This document shows, in pieces, positions 24,458-37,365 of a stretch of DNA of 64,000 bases. A program made the translations under genes and the position numbers. The number at the start of each line of letters is the position of its first letter. Position 1 is the first letter of the stretch. Under the pieces are notes generated by a model. It was not told where the DNA came from. It did not search any database and was given only the letters and a program-made list of their open reading frames with translations. The DNA comes from Cirrosporium novae-zelandiae (Eukaryota). The stretch spans positions 1 to 64,000 of the forward strand of contig JAPETS010000037.1 of assembly GCA_026023565.1 (NCBI GenBank). Direction: 5' to 3'.

Positions 24458-27335
24458 ATGAAGCCTTTCCAGCCATCATGGATTAAGAAAATTACTCCTA
24501 CATCAGCCGAGTCGTCTTCCGCCATTGATGGAACCCTTCGCCCTTCCAAGAGGCGTCATGTTGATGATGATGAAACCTCTCACCAGCCAGCCTCGAAAGT
24601 CCGGCGAATTGAAACTCGCAGTCCATTATTAGCCGTCGATAATACGGTTACCGATTCCAAAGTAAAGGCGTCTGAGGATGACCATAGAAGCTACTACACT
24701 GTTCTCTGGTATCTGATATCAATCTATCGATATGACAAGAGCACCGCTAACTATAAGTTTGTATAGGCGCAAATTCACGATGAAGAAGCATAAGACTTGG
24801 GATGGGGATGGTGTTCTCTCTGTATCTGGAGGCTATGCCACACTGCAGAATATCGATGGCCGAAATATGGGTAAAACACTTTGTGACCGGCCACTCCTTC
24901 CTGGCTCTACACTTTCAGTTGGTGGAAAAGATGTCGAGGTAGACTCTATAATCTCTAAAGCGGACTTTTTGGCAGGAAAGCCGTTCGTAAGAGATAAGGA
25001 TGCCGCACAAGACCTTGAATCAAAACCGAATGTCTCTGAAAAAGTCACTCAACCGCCCATTAAACCACGGGTAAAACTCGAGAAGAGCGCGAGAAATGCC
25101 ACTGTGCCTACACCGCTACCCAAGACAGTAAATGCTGCAAGTCGTTTTAAAAACCCTTATCGTGGAAGTACGGTTTTACCCAAGAAAAATGGGCAGGAGC
25201 CTACGCCTCGCCACGACCCCAAACAATCTGGTGCATTGGTGATGAAAAGGCCAAATAATGTACCAGAGGGTAAACAAATAGTTGATGTGGTTGTGGATCC
25301 CATCCTTCAAAAACACCTCCGAGAACATCAAAGAGAAGGTGTTAAATTTCTCTATGAATGTGTAATGGGAATGCGGCCTTTCGATGGCCAAGGGGCTATC
25401 TTGGCTGACGAGATGGGACTGGGAAAGACACTTCAGACCATCGCTTTGCTTTGGACACTACTCAAACAAAATCCAATACATGGAGACCCACCAGTGATAA
25501 AAAAAGCCTTGATTGTTTGTCCAGTTACTTTAATCAATAACTGGAGAAATGAGTTCAAGAAGTGGCTAGGGAATGAACGGATTGGCGTTTTCGTGGTAGA
25601 TGGAACCAAGTCTCGGCTCTCCCAATTTACTCATGGCAAGGTATACAGCGTCATGATTATCGGATATGAAAGACTCAGGACTGTTCAAGAAGAGCTTAGG
25701 AAAGGGGCTGGTATTGATATTGTTATTGCTGATGAGGGTCATCGCTTGAAGACCGTTCAAAACAAAAGCTCTCAAGCTATCCAAGCTCTCAATACTGACA
25801 AAAGAGTCATCCTCTCAGGAACGCCTATGCAAAATGACCTGAGTGAGTTCTTTGCTATGGTAGATTTTGTCAACCCAGGGCTTCTGGGAACCTTCAAGTC
25901 ATTCACCAAGGAATTTGAAGTGCCCATTGTCAAAAGCAGACAGCCCAACGCGACCGAGAAGGAGAAAGAAAAGGGTGAATCTCAGAGCGAAGAGCTGTCC
26001 TCCCTAACTAAACCATTCATCTTGCGCCGAACCGCGGAGATATTATCCAAATATCTTCCCCCAAAGACGGAGTACGTCCTCTTCTGTCGTCCAACAGCGG
26101 CTCAAGCGACTGTATACCGCCATGTACTTGCCTCACCTCTCTTCCAATCCGCACTGGGCAGCCCAGAAACATCCCTCCAACTGATAACCATCCTCAAGAA
26201 ACTTTGCAATGGCCCCTCGCTCCTCAAGCCGAAGCCGAATCAAGAACCCTCGTCAGCCGATACTCCATCTTCAGCAATCGCAGAGATTCTATCCGAGCTC
26301 CCAAAACGCCTCCTGCACCCAGCCGCAAGCATCAAAATCCGTATCCTCGACTCCTTCCTCCACACCCTCTTCACCACCACCTCAGAAAAAATCGTTCTCG
26401 TCTCCCACTACACCAAAACCCTCGACTTGCTAGGAACCCTCCTTGCATCACTCGACCTCCCCTTCCTCCGTCTCGACGGCTCCACCCCATCATCCAAACG
26501 CTCTGCTCTTGTCGAATCCTTCAACTCTCAACCTCCCAGCACCTCCTTCGCATTCCTTCTCTCCGCTAAATCCGGTGGCGCCGGCCTCAACCTCATCGGC
26601 GCCTCTCGCCTTGTCCTTTTCGACTGCGACTGGAACCCCGCCGCAGACATGCAAGCGATGGCACGAATCCACCGAGACGGGCAAAAAAATCATTGCCGAA
26701 TCTACCGTTTCCTACTCATGGGCGCCATTGACGAACGCATATTCATGCGACAGGTCAGCAAGCTAGGTCTAGCCGATAGCGTCGTAGATGGCAAAAAAGG
26801 TGGCAGCGAAACATTCACGATGGAGGAACTTCGTGACCTATTCAAGCTGGATGAATCGGGTGTTTGCAAGACCCACGAGTTTCTAGGATGTCCGTGTGAG
26901 GGAAGAGGCGAACATGTTTCCTCTTCCGATGAGGAAAACGGTCCCCATGCCGAAGGAGAAGACAGTAACGATGATGACGACGACGACTCCTCGCTCTCCG
27001 ACATCCCAACACTAATCCAAGCATCCAAAGTTAACATGGAGACGCAGGAACGTAAAATCGAACAACGCACACTAGCGCACCGAAACAAAAACAAGAAAGT
27101 AGAAATGCAATCCCTGATGCAGTATCTCCACATCGATACCTCCAAGCTACTGAAACCAGACACCGATGGCAGTGGAGATGAGGAGGAAAGTGGTGGTGGT
27201 GGAGATAACGATGATGATGATGACACATCAAAACCCATCCCAAACTCCATCATCGACGACGACGTGCTAAGGAAACTCTTGCAAGAAAAGGGGAGTAGTG
27301 GTATCGGCTACGTGTTTTCGAAAACGAGTTCGTGA
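24458..27335 (+). CDS. RDH54: SNF2-family DNA translocase RDH54/RAD54B; intron 24709-24766
   Basis: N-terminal [21 protein letters not shown] motif; LADEMGLGKT, DEGHRLK, LSGTPMQNDL, LLSAKSGGAGLNLIGASRL, DWNPAADMQAMARIHRDGQ. Confidence 0.9.
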
Positions 27336-27616
27336 AATTTTTTTCGGAGAGAGGTGGCTGGCTGGCTACGTTATGTACATATACTGTACATGGTGTTTAC
27401 GTTTGGGAGAGAGGGAGGAATGGAGGGAAGAGGGACCTATGGCATGACATGACATGGCATTTTCATTGCTCACGCTAGAAATATAGAATTACAGTATAGA
27501 AATAGAAATAGAAATAGACCATAAAAGAGCTCTTTCTTCTAGCACGAAAAAAAGTGGGGAAAAAAAAAGAAAAAGGGAAAAACCCCCATCGGGCTAGATT
27601 AATATAGTTAGGATGT

Positions 27617-27869
27617 ATATGTATGTATGTATGTATGTATGCTTATCCGAATAAAATCTAGAAGCTAAACGTTAAAAAAACATAAATATAAATATTCCAC
27701 TACGAAAAAAAAGAGGGGAAAGGGGGGGAAAGAGGGAGGAGGCTTCGGATATTATTCATGTAAATACCAGTTAGTAGCAGAGGAAGAGGAGTAGGAGGAA
27801 GGGTTACCCATATCCCCCCCCCTCCCCTCCTTTCTCGAATGCAAATAATATATATATATAAAACACCTA

Positions 27870-27910
<41 letters not shown>
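27617..27910. repeat. Two (TATG)n microsatellites (~27617-27641 and ~27872-27910) in a low-complexity convergent intergenic region
   Basis: tatgtatgtatg arrays. Confidence 0.9.
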
Positions 27911-27911
<1 letters not shown>

Positions 27912-28515
27912 TTGTAATAATTGTGTTCTTTCTCACCCTACCCTTAAATCCCACCTTCGCTATGCAAATATATCGATAAGTAATTCAAGCCAAGCAAAGC
28001 CTAAATCCAAGTTCTCCTCCCCTCCTTTCCTCTCTGTACCGCACTTCGCCCACACCCACTCACTCTCTGTACTCGTACGTACTACATGCTATAAGCATAA
28101 TTAAACTAGCCAGCCAGACTATGCAAAGTTGGAAATTCCTTAGTTTCGCCAATGCTCCTTTCCCCTTCCCTTCGCCCTTCCCTATCTGTCCTTTCACAAC
28201 ACCATTTCCCGATCTAGCATTTGCAAGAAAAAAATATGTAGAAACATTATTGTATCTTTCTCTCTCTCGATGCTATCTCCCTTTCTTTCTTTCAAAAAAA
28301 CAAAAGAAATTCGTTTTATGTGAAAAAGAAAAGAAAAGAAATTATGCATAAGTAACATCAGCCCCGTGTGTAATGCATGAATCATCTCTTGCATTTTCAC
28401 TTTATCAAACAATCAATATTTGTTCCTTTCATAATTTTGTTAAGATGTTTCAAAAGTCGTTGATACTGTCGGTGGTGGTATCGAACATATCATTCAATTA
28501 AAGCACGTTAAGTTC

Positions 28516-31500
28516 TTAGTATCGCAACTTCCCTACCAGCGAGAATGTATATGCAGTTTCGGCTTCGGATTTCATCTGCCAAATAAATTAGCATTCTCAT
28601 ATATCCCGGAAAAATGGGAAAGAAAATAAAGCATACCTGAATCATATAAATTTTAGCTGTCGCTGGTGATACTCCTCCAATTGCCTTCATCATTCCTCCT
28701 TCACCACTTTCCTCCCATACACTGACAGCAATACCTGTTCTTGCGACACGCTCGAAACATGATTCTCCAAGACAAACATCTAGGAGAACTTCGCCTTTAG
28801 TTTTGCCGTTGATTAGGATGCGCTTCTCTTGACCAGTAGGCCTGTGCGACCCAGGACCGTGAGAAGGTGGGTGTGCCCCGTTGACCGGCTGCATAATGGT
28901 TAGACGCGCCGAGCCCATATCACGCCACTTTGATGCAGTCTCTCGCTGATATAGTCGGATTTTGGCGTTGCTGAGGCCGATGGGTGAACCCTTATTAGGA
29001 TCCCCTGTCTCCGGGGTCACGGTCCCTGAGCCATCGGAGGAGGAGTAAATGCTGTTTGAATGACTATTACCTCCATGGCGGGAACCGATAGTGGATCGTG
29101 AGATATTGAAAAGTCTGCTGCCGCTGAAACGGCGCAGTGCAGAGAAAGCGGAAGACATGGTGCCAACACTACTTTCCGAAAATTGGAGACTAGGTGTGGG
29201 TGCACTAGAAGCACGATAGCTGGATCGGGAAGATCCCCACCCGAACCAACTACTTCGGCTTCCTTTGACACTGGGTTGGCGAGATGGTCCTTGGTAGGAA
29301 TCAAAGGGGCCACGAGCATTTTGAAGTGCAATGTAGGTTGGGTTGTTTATACGCGCGTAGTTTATCATAGCATAAAGTGTTTCGCACTCCTCAGGATTTC
29401 GAGACCGAAACATGATATTGGAACTTGTTTTAATCTTGGATCGAGGTGTGGGAGGTGAGCGGATGCTAATATCTAGTGCCGTCCCTCGACGTAGCGGTAC
29501 TAGTGGCGTCAATTCTAGAGCGACCAGAGGCTTTTCACCATTATCAGATGAAGACACGGATTCCCCAGACGATGTATGGGGTCGAGAATGGTTAGCAGTC
29601 AACTCAAAGGCCTCTATGAGACCAGGCGAAATAACTATACTGCATTCATCTGGATGAAGACTCTCCCAAATCCCCTTGTCAGACCAAGAGAAAATAGACC
29701 CAATAGCCTTTTGCGCTTTTGATGGTTGGGAAGGAACTGTTTGGTATGGGGCTTGAGAAGCGGAGTTGGAGGGAGCTAATGTAGACTTGGCCAAAGACGG
29801 AAGTGAGGAGGGAGGGGAAACCTTAGAGAACTTTGGAAGAGCATCGTTTGGCAATAGTGGTGTGGGTACATCTCCACCTTCTAGGTCTTCTTCATCGGAA
29901 TATTCGGAATCGGAGATTTCATAATGCTCGACAGTCGAGGCTTCGGATTCCGAACCTGATTCAGAAGCCGTCGATGGCTCATATTCATGTTTCAATGGAG
30001 ACGAAGATCGTCTTTTCACATTGCGCACGCCAGAAGGAGAAAGAACTGGTGTCTGTGCAGATTTTAGTCGGACCGGACTAGGCGTTCGATGAGCCGGAGG
30101 TGCTGGAACATCATCACTGTATATAGCCGACTCATCCTTCGGATCTGAAGAACTACGTTTGTGCGATTCGTCTGGAGATTTCACTGGAGTAGTGGGCATA
30201 GACGATGGCCGTTCCTTCTTCTCAGAAGTAGCAGAGAGAGTACTTGATGAACTATTCTTTCTAATTTTGGGGATGTGTGGGAGGTCCAAAGAGGGCACTG
30301 AGGAAGGTGCCCGATGATAGCGAGATCTGCGCCCTTTTTCTCTGGGTGGGCTTGCTGTATCACTTGGAGGACTTCCCGGTGGGCTGTTTTCAATAGGTTC
30401 TGGGGATCTTGTCCTCTCTTTGGGTGAGCCGCGTATGCGACTATCCATTGAAGATGGAAACGAGTGCTCATCGGGTTCAGAATCCGGACTGTGCATGTCA
30501 TCTGGGTGCCGAGACCGCCTCTTCGCCCCTGATCTACGCAACCCGGAGCTCGAAGGACTTGTTGGTTGACTTCTTGGAGATCTAGCAGATTCTGGGGAAG
30601 GATGATCCCGCTTTTCAGGCGACCCCATTAAGAATCGTGAAAATAGTCCTATTGGTGTAGCTGGGGGAGAAGGCTCAACTTCTCTCCGCCGGGCTTCTGG
30701 CTCACGGGGAGTGGTGGGTGGGGACTTGTTACCATCGAGCTTTTCGGTGCTAGGTGTCCATCGTTTAGATAGGGAGGTACCCTGCTCTCCGATTGGCACA
30801 TCTACCTCTGTTGGACTTGGCGTCCTGCTCTTTCCTGTAGGCAAGACGGGTGCAGGAGATAATGCGGATGACGCTGGTGAAATATTTGCCGGTGCCTGCT
30901 TCTTCCTCTTCTCAAGGAAGCTTAGGGATTTTGTAATTTTTGGTGGCACTGGACTCAATCCAAGCATCTGAACCCATTCGAAACCAGCTTGCTCATCGTC
31001 TGTAGCCAAGACCATCAATTCCTGCCACTCACCACCGTGGTTGGTAATACCGCGAATCATAACTACGATCTCACCCCGGCTATCACCATTACGAGCTGAT
31101 ACCCTCCCAAGAGTTACAGGAGGGAATAGTAGACAACGACCTGCTCCATCAACCTCACAAATAAGTAGATCGCCACTGTTTCCTCTCTCTGGAGGATCGT
31201 CTCGTAGAAGAAGCTCGGCACGGCAATCCACCAATTGACCACTTGTGTGCTGTATCCTCAAATCAAACAAATCACGAGCTCGTACCCGTCTATTTTGATC
31301 AATACTGACATTGGATAGAGGAGCCAGAGTACACGGGTCTCGAGCTCTAGTAGGATCGATAGCAGCTGCAGTTTCATCTTCCAATCTGGCCCTTTCTTCA
31401 TTCAGGCGTTGCCTTGCCTTGGTAACCAAACTTTGATATTCCATGGCCATCTTTTCAGCAGTCGGGGAAGGCTTCAAGATATTAATTCCCTTGAAGGTTT

Positions 31501-33805
31501 TTGCAAGGTATTTCAGCCGAACTAACGGCCTCTTTAGAAGAAATGCAACATCAACCCGTTCACCCGCATTGTTAACAACATCCCCATCCGCATTTCGGGG
31601 CAACCCTTCATCAATTTTACCCGGATCGGCGCCCTTTGCTTTGTCCTCCTCAGATGGAGCAAGGTTTACCACAACGTCCTGAAAACCAAGACGCCATGAT
31701 TTCAGATAATCGGAGTAGGCCTTTTGTGCGCCTTGAGCCCACCTAAGTAGACGTTCTGGGTCATGTTCTGGTATTCTTTTGTGCAGTGTCTTCATCCTCT
31801 CAAGAGCAATTCCCATGTCAATTATAGGCCGTGTAAAGTTTGGGTCATCTACAGCTACTCCTGGGGCATGAAAGAGGCCAGCTGCTAGAGCAGAATCGGC
31901 TTTGGAGAGGACACAGGTTAGAAGAACAGGTATAACACCCTCTACCAAAGTCCATAGTTCTGGCATATATTTCTTCTCGTCTGCCACGAGTTCCTGCATG
32001 AGGTCATCGACCGTAGCGGTAGCAAGACGACTTCGGTTCGTTCGTATACTCCGTGCTGAGCGAATGCTCCTACCGCTTGAGTGGGGCACGGATAGTACGG
32101 ATATCAAGTCTGAATGTTTTGTGAGACGGCGCTTCAGGCTAGTCTTCTTCCCTGGTAAAGAGTACGGGTCGAAGGCATCTCTCAACTCTGATTGCTCATC
32201 TTCTGTAATAGTAATTTCAGTCGCAGTAGGATCGATATTACTATCCAAGGTTTCCACCGATGCGATGGTAGATAATTTATACCTCCCAGTTCTTGGAGCA
32301 GCCCTCTTTATATTAAGTCCTGGAGGGCGTAGCGACTCGATAATATCCCGCTCCTCACTGGGTAGTTCTGGCGATTTTTCAGGTAAACTGTCCCTACCTG
32401 GCTCTTCATCTATAGTATCAGCTTGTATTGCCGATGACTCCCGCCTCCCCCTGGTCCTAGGTGAAGTACGCTCTCGTCGTGTCCCACCATTGCGCCTCAA
32501 TGAGGGACTAGAGTCGGCTGTCTTGGATTCATTGTTAACCTGATTTTTTGAATCATAGCTCGATGTTGAGTTTCTGCGTTCAGTCGATGTCAGATCAGGG
32601 TTTAATGGTGCAATGTCTGAGATGTCACTGGTAGAACGTCTTTGTGATCTCCGTTCTTGCCGTCTTTCTCTACGTTTTTCGCTAGACGGCTCGTCTAGGT
32701 GTTCCTTTTTATCCTCGTGATCAACACTAGACTCCTTTTCAATAATTTTATCATCTTGTTTTTTCCGTTTCGAAGTCCTTAGTGGCGCAGGTATCTCGAC
32801 CGGTGGTTCATCATCATCGCCTTCAAGAAATGGATCAGGTGTCTTTTCAAGCCATGCTTCAATCCTTGAGCCTTTTGGTATCTGGGGCGGAACAGGGTCA
32901 GGTTTAGCAAACGCTTTCTTCGATTCTTCAAAAACCTGCTTGAGTATCCCTGGTTTGTGAGACCGGCTGTTAGCCCGGCCCTCCGGAAAAGCACCTTGGT
33001 TTGCTTTCGGGGAGCCACCTGAGGCTTTGGACTTGCGACGACTATGCTTTCTGTCATTGGCATGTGTCGCTGCTGATGCACCAAAGGCAAGCTCTGACTC
33101 GGATTCGACATCTTGTGTTTGAAGTTCTGAGGATTTCTTATGGCTTGGTGAAGGGGTATTATGAGAATGTAGTCTTTCGTCCCCAGATTTATTGCCGCTC
33201 TTGCTGCCAGAATCCTCGCCGGGGGGCGGCTTTAAGTGTTCTGTCCGACTTCGCGAAGCCTTAGGGGTGCTGTATATTCGTTTCCCATCCGCATCATGGG
33301 TTTTTTTCTCCTTATCATCCTTTTTTGATTTAACAAGAGAGATTTGACTCGATGATCCGCAAAGACTTTCATCTGGTTTTGTCGGGCTTTTGTCTTTCTT
33401 ATCTTTGCGCCAATGCTCGTCGCTGACAATTCTCTTTTTTGGCGAGGTCGCACGCTTGAGTTTTTCTCTTTCACTTAGATAGGTTTCTCTTTCGGTCCTA
33501 TCCTTCTTGGCCGACTTTCGACTCGTAGCTGTAGATGTGTTTGAAATTGCAGATGCCGTCTCCTTCAGTTTTGACTTGGGCGTTTTCGGTTTTTCGGGCT
33601 CAGGCTCCTCATCGCCGGGACCAATATCTTCTTGCACAATAACTCCTCCGCCATGCTCTTGCCATGCCCTAATTTTATCGCGTACGCCGGGGTTGGGCGC
33701 GGGCGGGAAAAGTGGATTAGGAGCCGTTGCAGACTTGGAAGTTGGCGGGGTATTATTATTACTGCGGCGATTTGAGGAGCGTTGAGGGGTGGAAGGAGAG
33801 GGCAT
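28516..33805 (-). CDS. Large fungal protein with DH (RhoGEF)-like and PH-like domains in Ser/Pro-rich disordered sequence; terminal intron 28636-28576
   Basis: 1765-aa ORF; LMQELVADEKKYMPELWTLVEGVIP and LLKRPLVRLKYL resemble DH helices; KWRDMGSARL is PH-like; splicing gives C-terminus MKSEAETAYTFSLVGKLRY*. Confidence 0.75.
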
Positions 33806-35006
33806 TGAGATCTAGTATAGACTGTGTTAGTCGACCTTATACACATAGACATGTTTCATTATGGTTACTGATAGTCGAACTAAGGCTCAACCGCTCAAGT
33901 CGGATATGAGACAACTGTCACCGTTTACGTACCTTTGATAGGCTTCATGAGCGCGCTTCTCCTCGAGGAGAGAGGTGTAGGTGGCAGGTATGCCCAAAGC
34001 CTCCTGGGCTTGGTTCAGGTTTCTCAGGTTCGCCTTGTATGCTGTCGGGGCTGCTTAATTGGGAATCTTGACAACAACGCGCAAAGTCATGGATCTCCAA
34101 GATTTTGACCATTCACGCCGTCGTTATCGTCGCTTGATCTGCGGTAACCATCAACTAATCCAGATTTGGCAGCATGTATCGATAGCGCCTCATCCTAATT
34201 CACCAACTTCAATTATTCTTAATTAGCCATTTCAATAAAAATAAGTCCATCCGATCAAAAAAATTGCATGAGGCTGCTTTGCCTACAGTGCCTCAGGGCT
34301 GACTTTGTTTATGCTGTTCCTTTTTGTTTATGTGCACCTACCAAGAACCCGTAAGCGGCTTCCCTGCAATGTGCCCAACCATTGAATCCACAGCGGAGTT
34401 TGTGGCGGGAGTGGCTACGCGGAACAGTTTTACTGGCAGGACCCCCTTATCGATGCCCAACCGAGAGTCTCATAAAGTCTCATAAAGTATTTACAATCAG
34501 TTTTCGGGATAATTGGGGGCGATCGAATTTGATGGTGGTAATCCGGAACCCCAGAGTGGAATAGTAAGAGGTAGTTTTTAGTGATTTAGTGCATGTGAAA
34601 TTGCATTTTCACAACCTAAACTTAACATGGTGGGAAAGACCTCATAATCTTTCTATGCATAGTCTATCCGTCGATTGAATTTCCATCAGAGTTCACTGGA
34701 TCAATAAGGTACACAAGATAATCAAGACGGATGGATGATAGGAAACGATTCATCCAGGTACCAACATTATTCTATTTGGCCACAAACCCCTTTGGCCGTT
34801 CTATTGTAATAAGCTACTACGTAACCTGCCTCTAAGTCTATTTATTCTTCCCGATCCCGTTATCTATACAGTTTTCCATGAAAAGCATAAACAGAGCTTA
34901 TCCGGCTCTTCCAATCATCCTAACCTCCAGAGACGACACCCTCCCCATCTAAATACGCAATAAACGCTATGGAAACCTTTAATATCCATGGTGTAGGGCG
35001 GGCTTT

Positions 35007-35963
35007 CTAGTTAGCTTTGAGATGACTACTTTTCAAAGGACTTCCTAATGCTTCTTGGAGGAACGCAAAGGCTTTCGTGCAAGCTTGAAAGCTTTGGTAG
35101 AGTAAGGCTATTATGGTCCGTTAGTGCTGGATGTAACAAACAGGTATAAATATGTGATAACTACTTACACGAAGGAATAATGATCCAGATGATGTTCATG
35201 AAGAAGTAGTAGCCCCAGAAATAGTAGGCCTCTGGACGGGAGTAGCTCAGACCTTTGTAGTAGTCGTCGAATATATTTGTCGCATAGTATAGCACGTCTC
35301 CATATATCTGGCCCAGAGATACGATCAATTGTAGTGGGTGACGCATTGGATGTTGGATCGTGATGAAGTAGGCTACGAGTAGGGAGAGAGGACCCCAGCA
35401 GAGCTATTCGAAAGGGCTATATTAGTATATATTACCATAGGATGCACTTGTAGGATATATTTACCGCGGTGATGGATTCCATGCATAAGACAAACGGATC
35501 AGATGTAAGATAACGAGAGTCTGAGAGCGCATATTCCTTCCATAGCTGCCCGAAAAGATCTTGTTGACCTCCCATATGAGTGTGGTTCAAACAGAAATAT
35601 CCTAAGCAGAATTAGCATTGAACTACCTGGTTGTCAAGCCGAGATCTCACCTTCAAAGAAGAAATGAATGCAACCACCTATATTACTATCAATTACTGCA
35701 GCTCTGGAAAGAGGGAGGAGCCCGCACATACTCAAAACAAACCAGAGGATGATGCTCCTCTCTCGACGACTAAGATTTGGCTTATTCCATGAAACCCATG
35801 CAAGGGTAGAGCCCAGCACCCCTCCGCATGTTCCAGCAAAGATAGCAAGGAGCGTAGAGACAGACCATTCATTGGCTAGATAGCCAACGATTTCGGTCCC
35901 GATAGGATAGTAGGGGTTATGGGAAGGGGAAAGGTTAGTGGTATTCATCATTACAGTTTCCAT
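35007..35963 (-). CDS. Emopamil-binding protein (sterol delta8-delta7 isomerase family); exons 35963-35732, 35677-35651, 35601-35465, 35403-35169, 35107-35007
   Basis: WFVLSGCIHFFFEGYF, QLWKEYALSDSRYL, MESITA, GQIYGDVLYY, YFFMNIIWIIIP. Confidence 0.92.
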
Positions 35964-36418
35964 ATTGAAAGAGGGAGTGGAGAGACTTCAAGATTAATGA
36001 GCTTGAGAAAGTGGTTATTGAATTTTTTTTTTTCAATTGGAATGGAAAAAAGAAAGGAAATGTCTTCACTTCTCAAAATTACTTCCCCAGCCCAGGATTC
36101 GTACGCCAACTACCAGGAAAGGCACCAGTCGGATGGGCTAAACCCCCGGCGTGGGGTGGGATGACACCACCGGGGTTCAATAGCATCCGAGAAGCCAAAG
36201 TCAACGTTCATTTCGAAACTCCAGATATCTGAATATCTGAATTATATACAGAGTTATCTTCCCTAGCAATGAGATAATGATGATGATGATGATGCCCTAT
36301 AAGCTTCTTCAATCCTACGGACTAATAGCAGCCGTAGGGCGGACCGGCCCTTCTTCCTAAGCACCTAGCTACTTTGCCTGCTGTTTGCTATATGATACCA
36401 AACAAAATAGGATCCTGC

Positions 36419-36489
36419 AGCGAAGTAGCCAATACTACAACATTCAAACAGAAATTTGGTCGTGGTGCTCTGCATCACCTTCGCTTTTT
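36419..36489 (+). ncRNA. Candidate tRNA-like Pol III small RNA, copy 1
   Basis: Closing stem GCGAAG/CTTCGC, A-box-like TAGCCAA, 7-bp 3' hairpin GTGGTGC-TCT-GCATCAC, T5 run, TATA-like element ~30 nt upstream, GTTCAATAC B-box at 36501. Confidence 0.4.
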
Positions 36490-36690
36490 GTAGCTTTCAA
36501 GTTCAATACCGACTAGATTCTTTCTTTCTTTCTTTCTATTTTTTTACTTCGTTACATAGAATTGTTTTCACCATTCAGGTTTCAGACCCCTGCAAAACCT
36601 ACCACTCAGATCATCTCTATTACAAAATCCTAGTTTACTGTGGTAGGCAGGAGCAGTGTCGTTATAATCCAGTTTGTGAAGTATCTCCCC

Positions 36691-36768
36691 AGCGAAGTTA
36701 GCCAATAACTCTAACACTTTGTTGGACTAAAAAGTTCTGGTGGCTTCATGTCGCCAGCTTCGCTTTTT
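36691..36768 (+). ncRNA. Candidate tRNA-like Pol III small RNA, copy 2
   Basis: Closing stem GCGAAGT/GCTTCGC, TAGCCAA, internal hairpin TCTAACA-CTT-TGTTGGA, 7-bp 3' hairpin TGGTGGC-TTCAT-GTCGCCA, T5 run, TTATAA ~30 nt upstream, GGTTCGATCTC B-box-like at 36798. Confidence 0.45.
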
Positions 36769-37365
36769 GTTTTACTTGGCTGCAGTCTTGTCGTGCAGGT
36801 TCGATCTCTACCATCTGCCCAGGGCCTGCATTTTCTTTTTATTGCTTTTTAATACCTTGATTACTTTGTATTCCTTTAAGAGATTGAAAAACTTCAATCA
36901 TCTGCCTCCCGAAGCTCTCTAGAAGCTGTCGAAGGCTCGAGCATCTGCACCTGAGTTCATTTTCTAAAAGAATCATAATGATCATCTCAATCTTCTTTCG
37001 GTTCTATAGAATACTCAGCAGCATGTGCATATGAAATCGAACGAGCACATATTCATCCTTGAGACATCCATGTGGTTAGTGTTGGCTGTTTTCAAAGGTC
37101 ACATCTTGGTAGACTATAAAGAATACATGTCATAAATGAACCCCAACCAACGTTGACGATCATGATTCCATCAAGATTCCTTTTTTTTGGTTTCCATTCA
37201 TTCCAACTGAAGAGACAAAAATTACGTAGTTCCCACTAACCCGACCACTCCTTACTTCCTCTACACAGCTTTCACTAGCAAAACTGCAATTAAGATCTTT
37301 CTACCCGCCTCCAAAACCAGCGAGACCCCCCTAGACTCTCTCAATTCCATAAACAAGGTCTCCCA

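Noticed and set aside
36419..36768. Canonical tRNA genes
   Set aside because: No GG in a D loop, no TTCRA T loop at the proper position and no standard anticodon loop; kept only as tRNA-like candidates.
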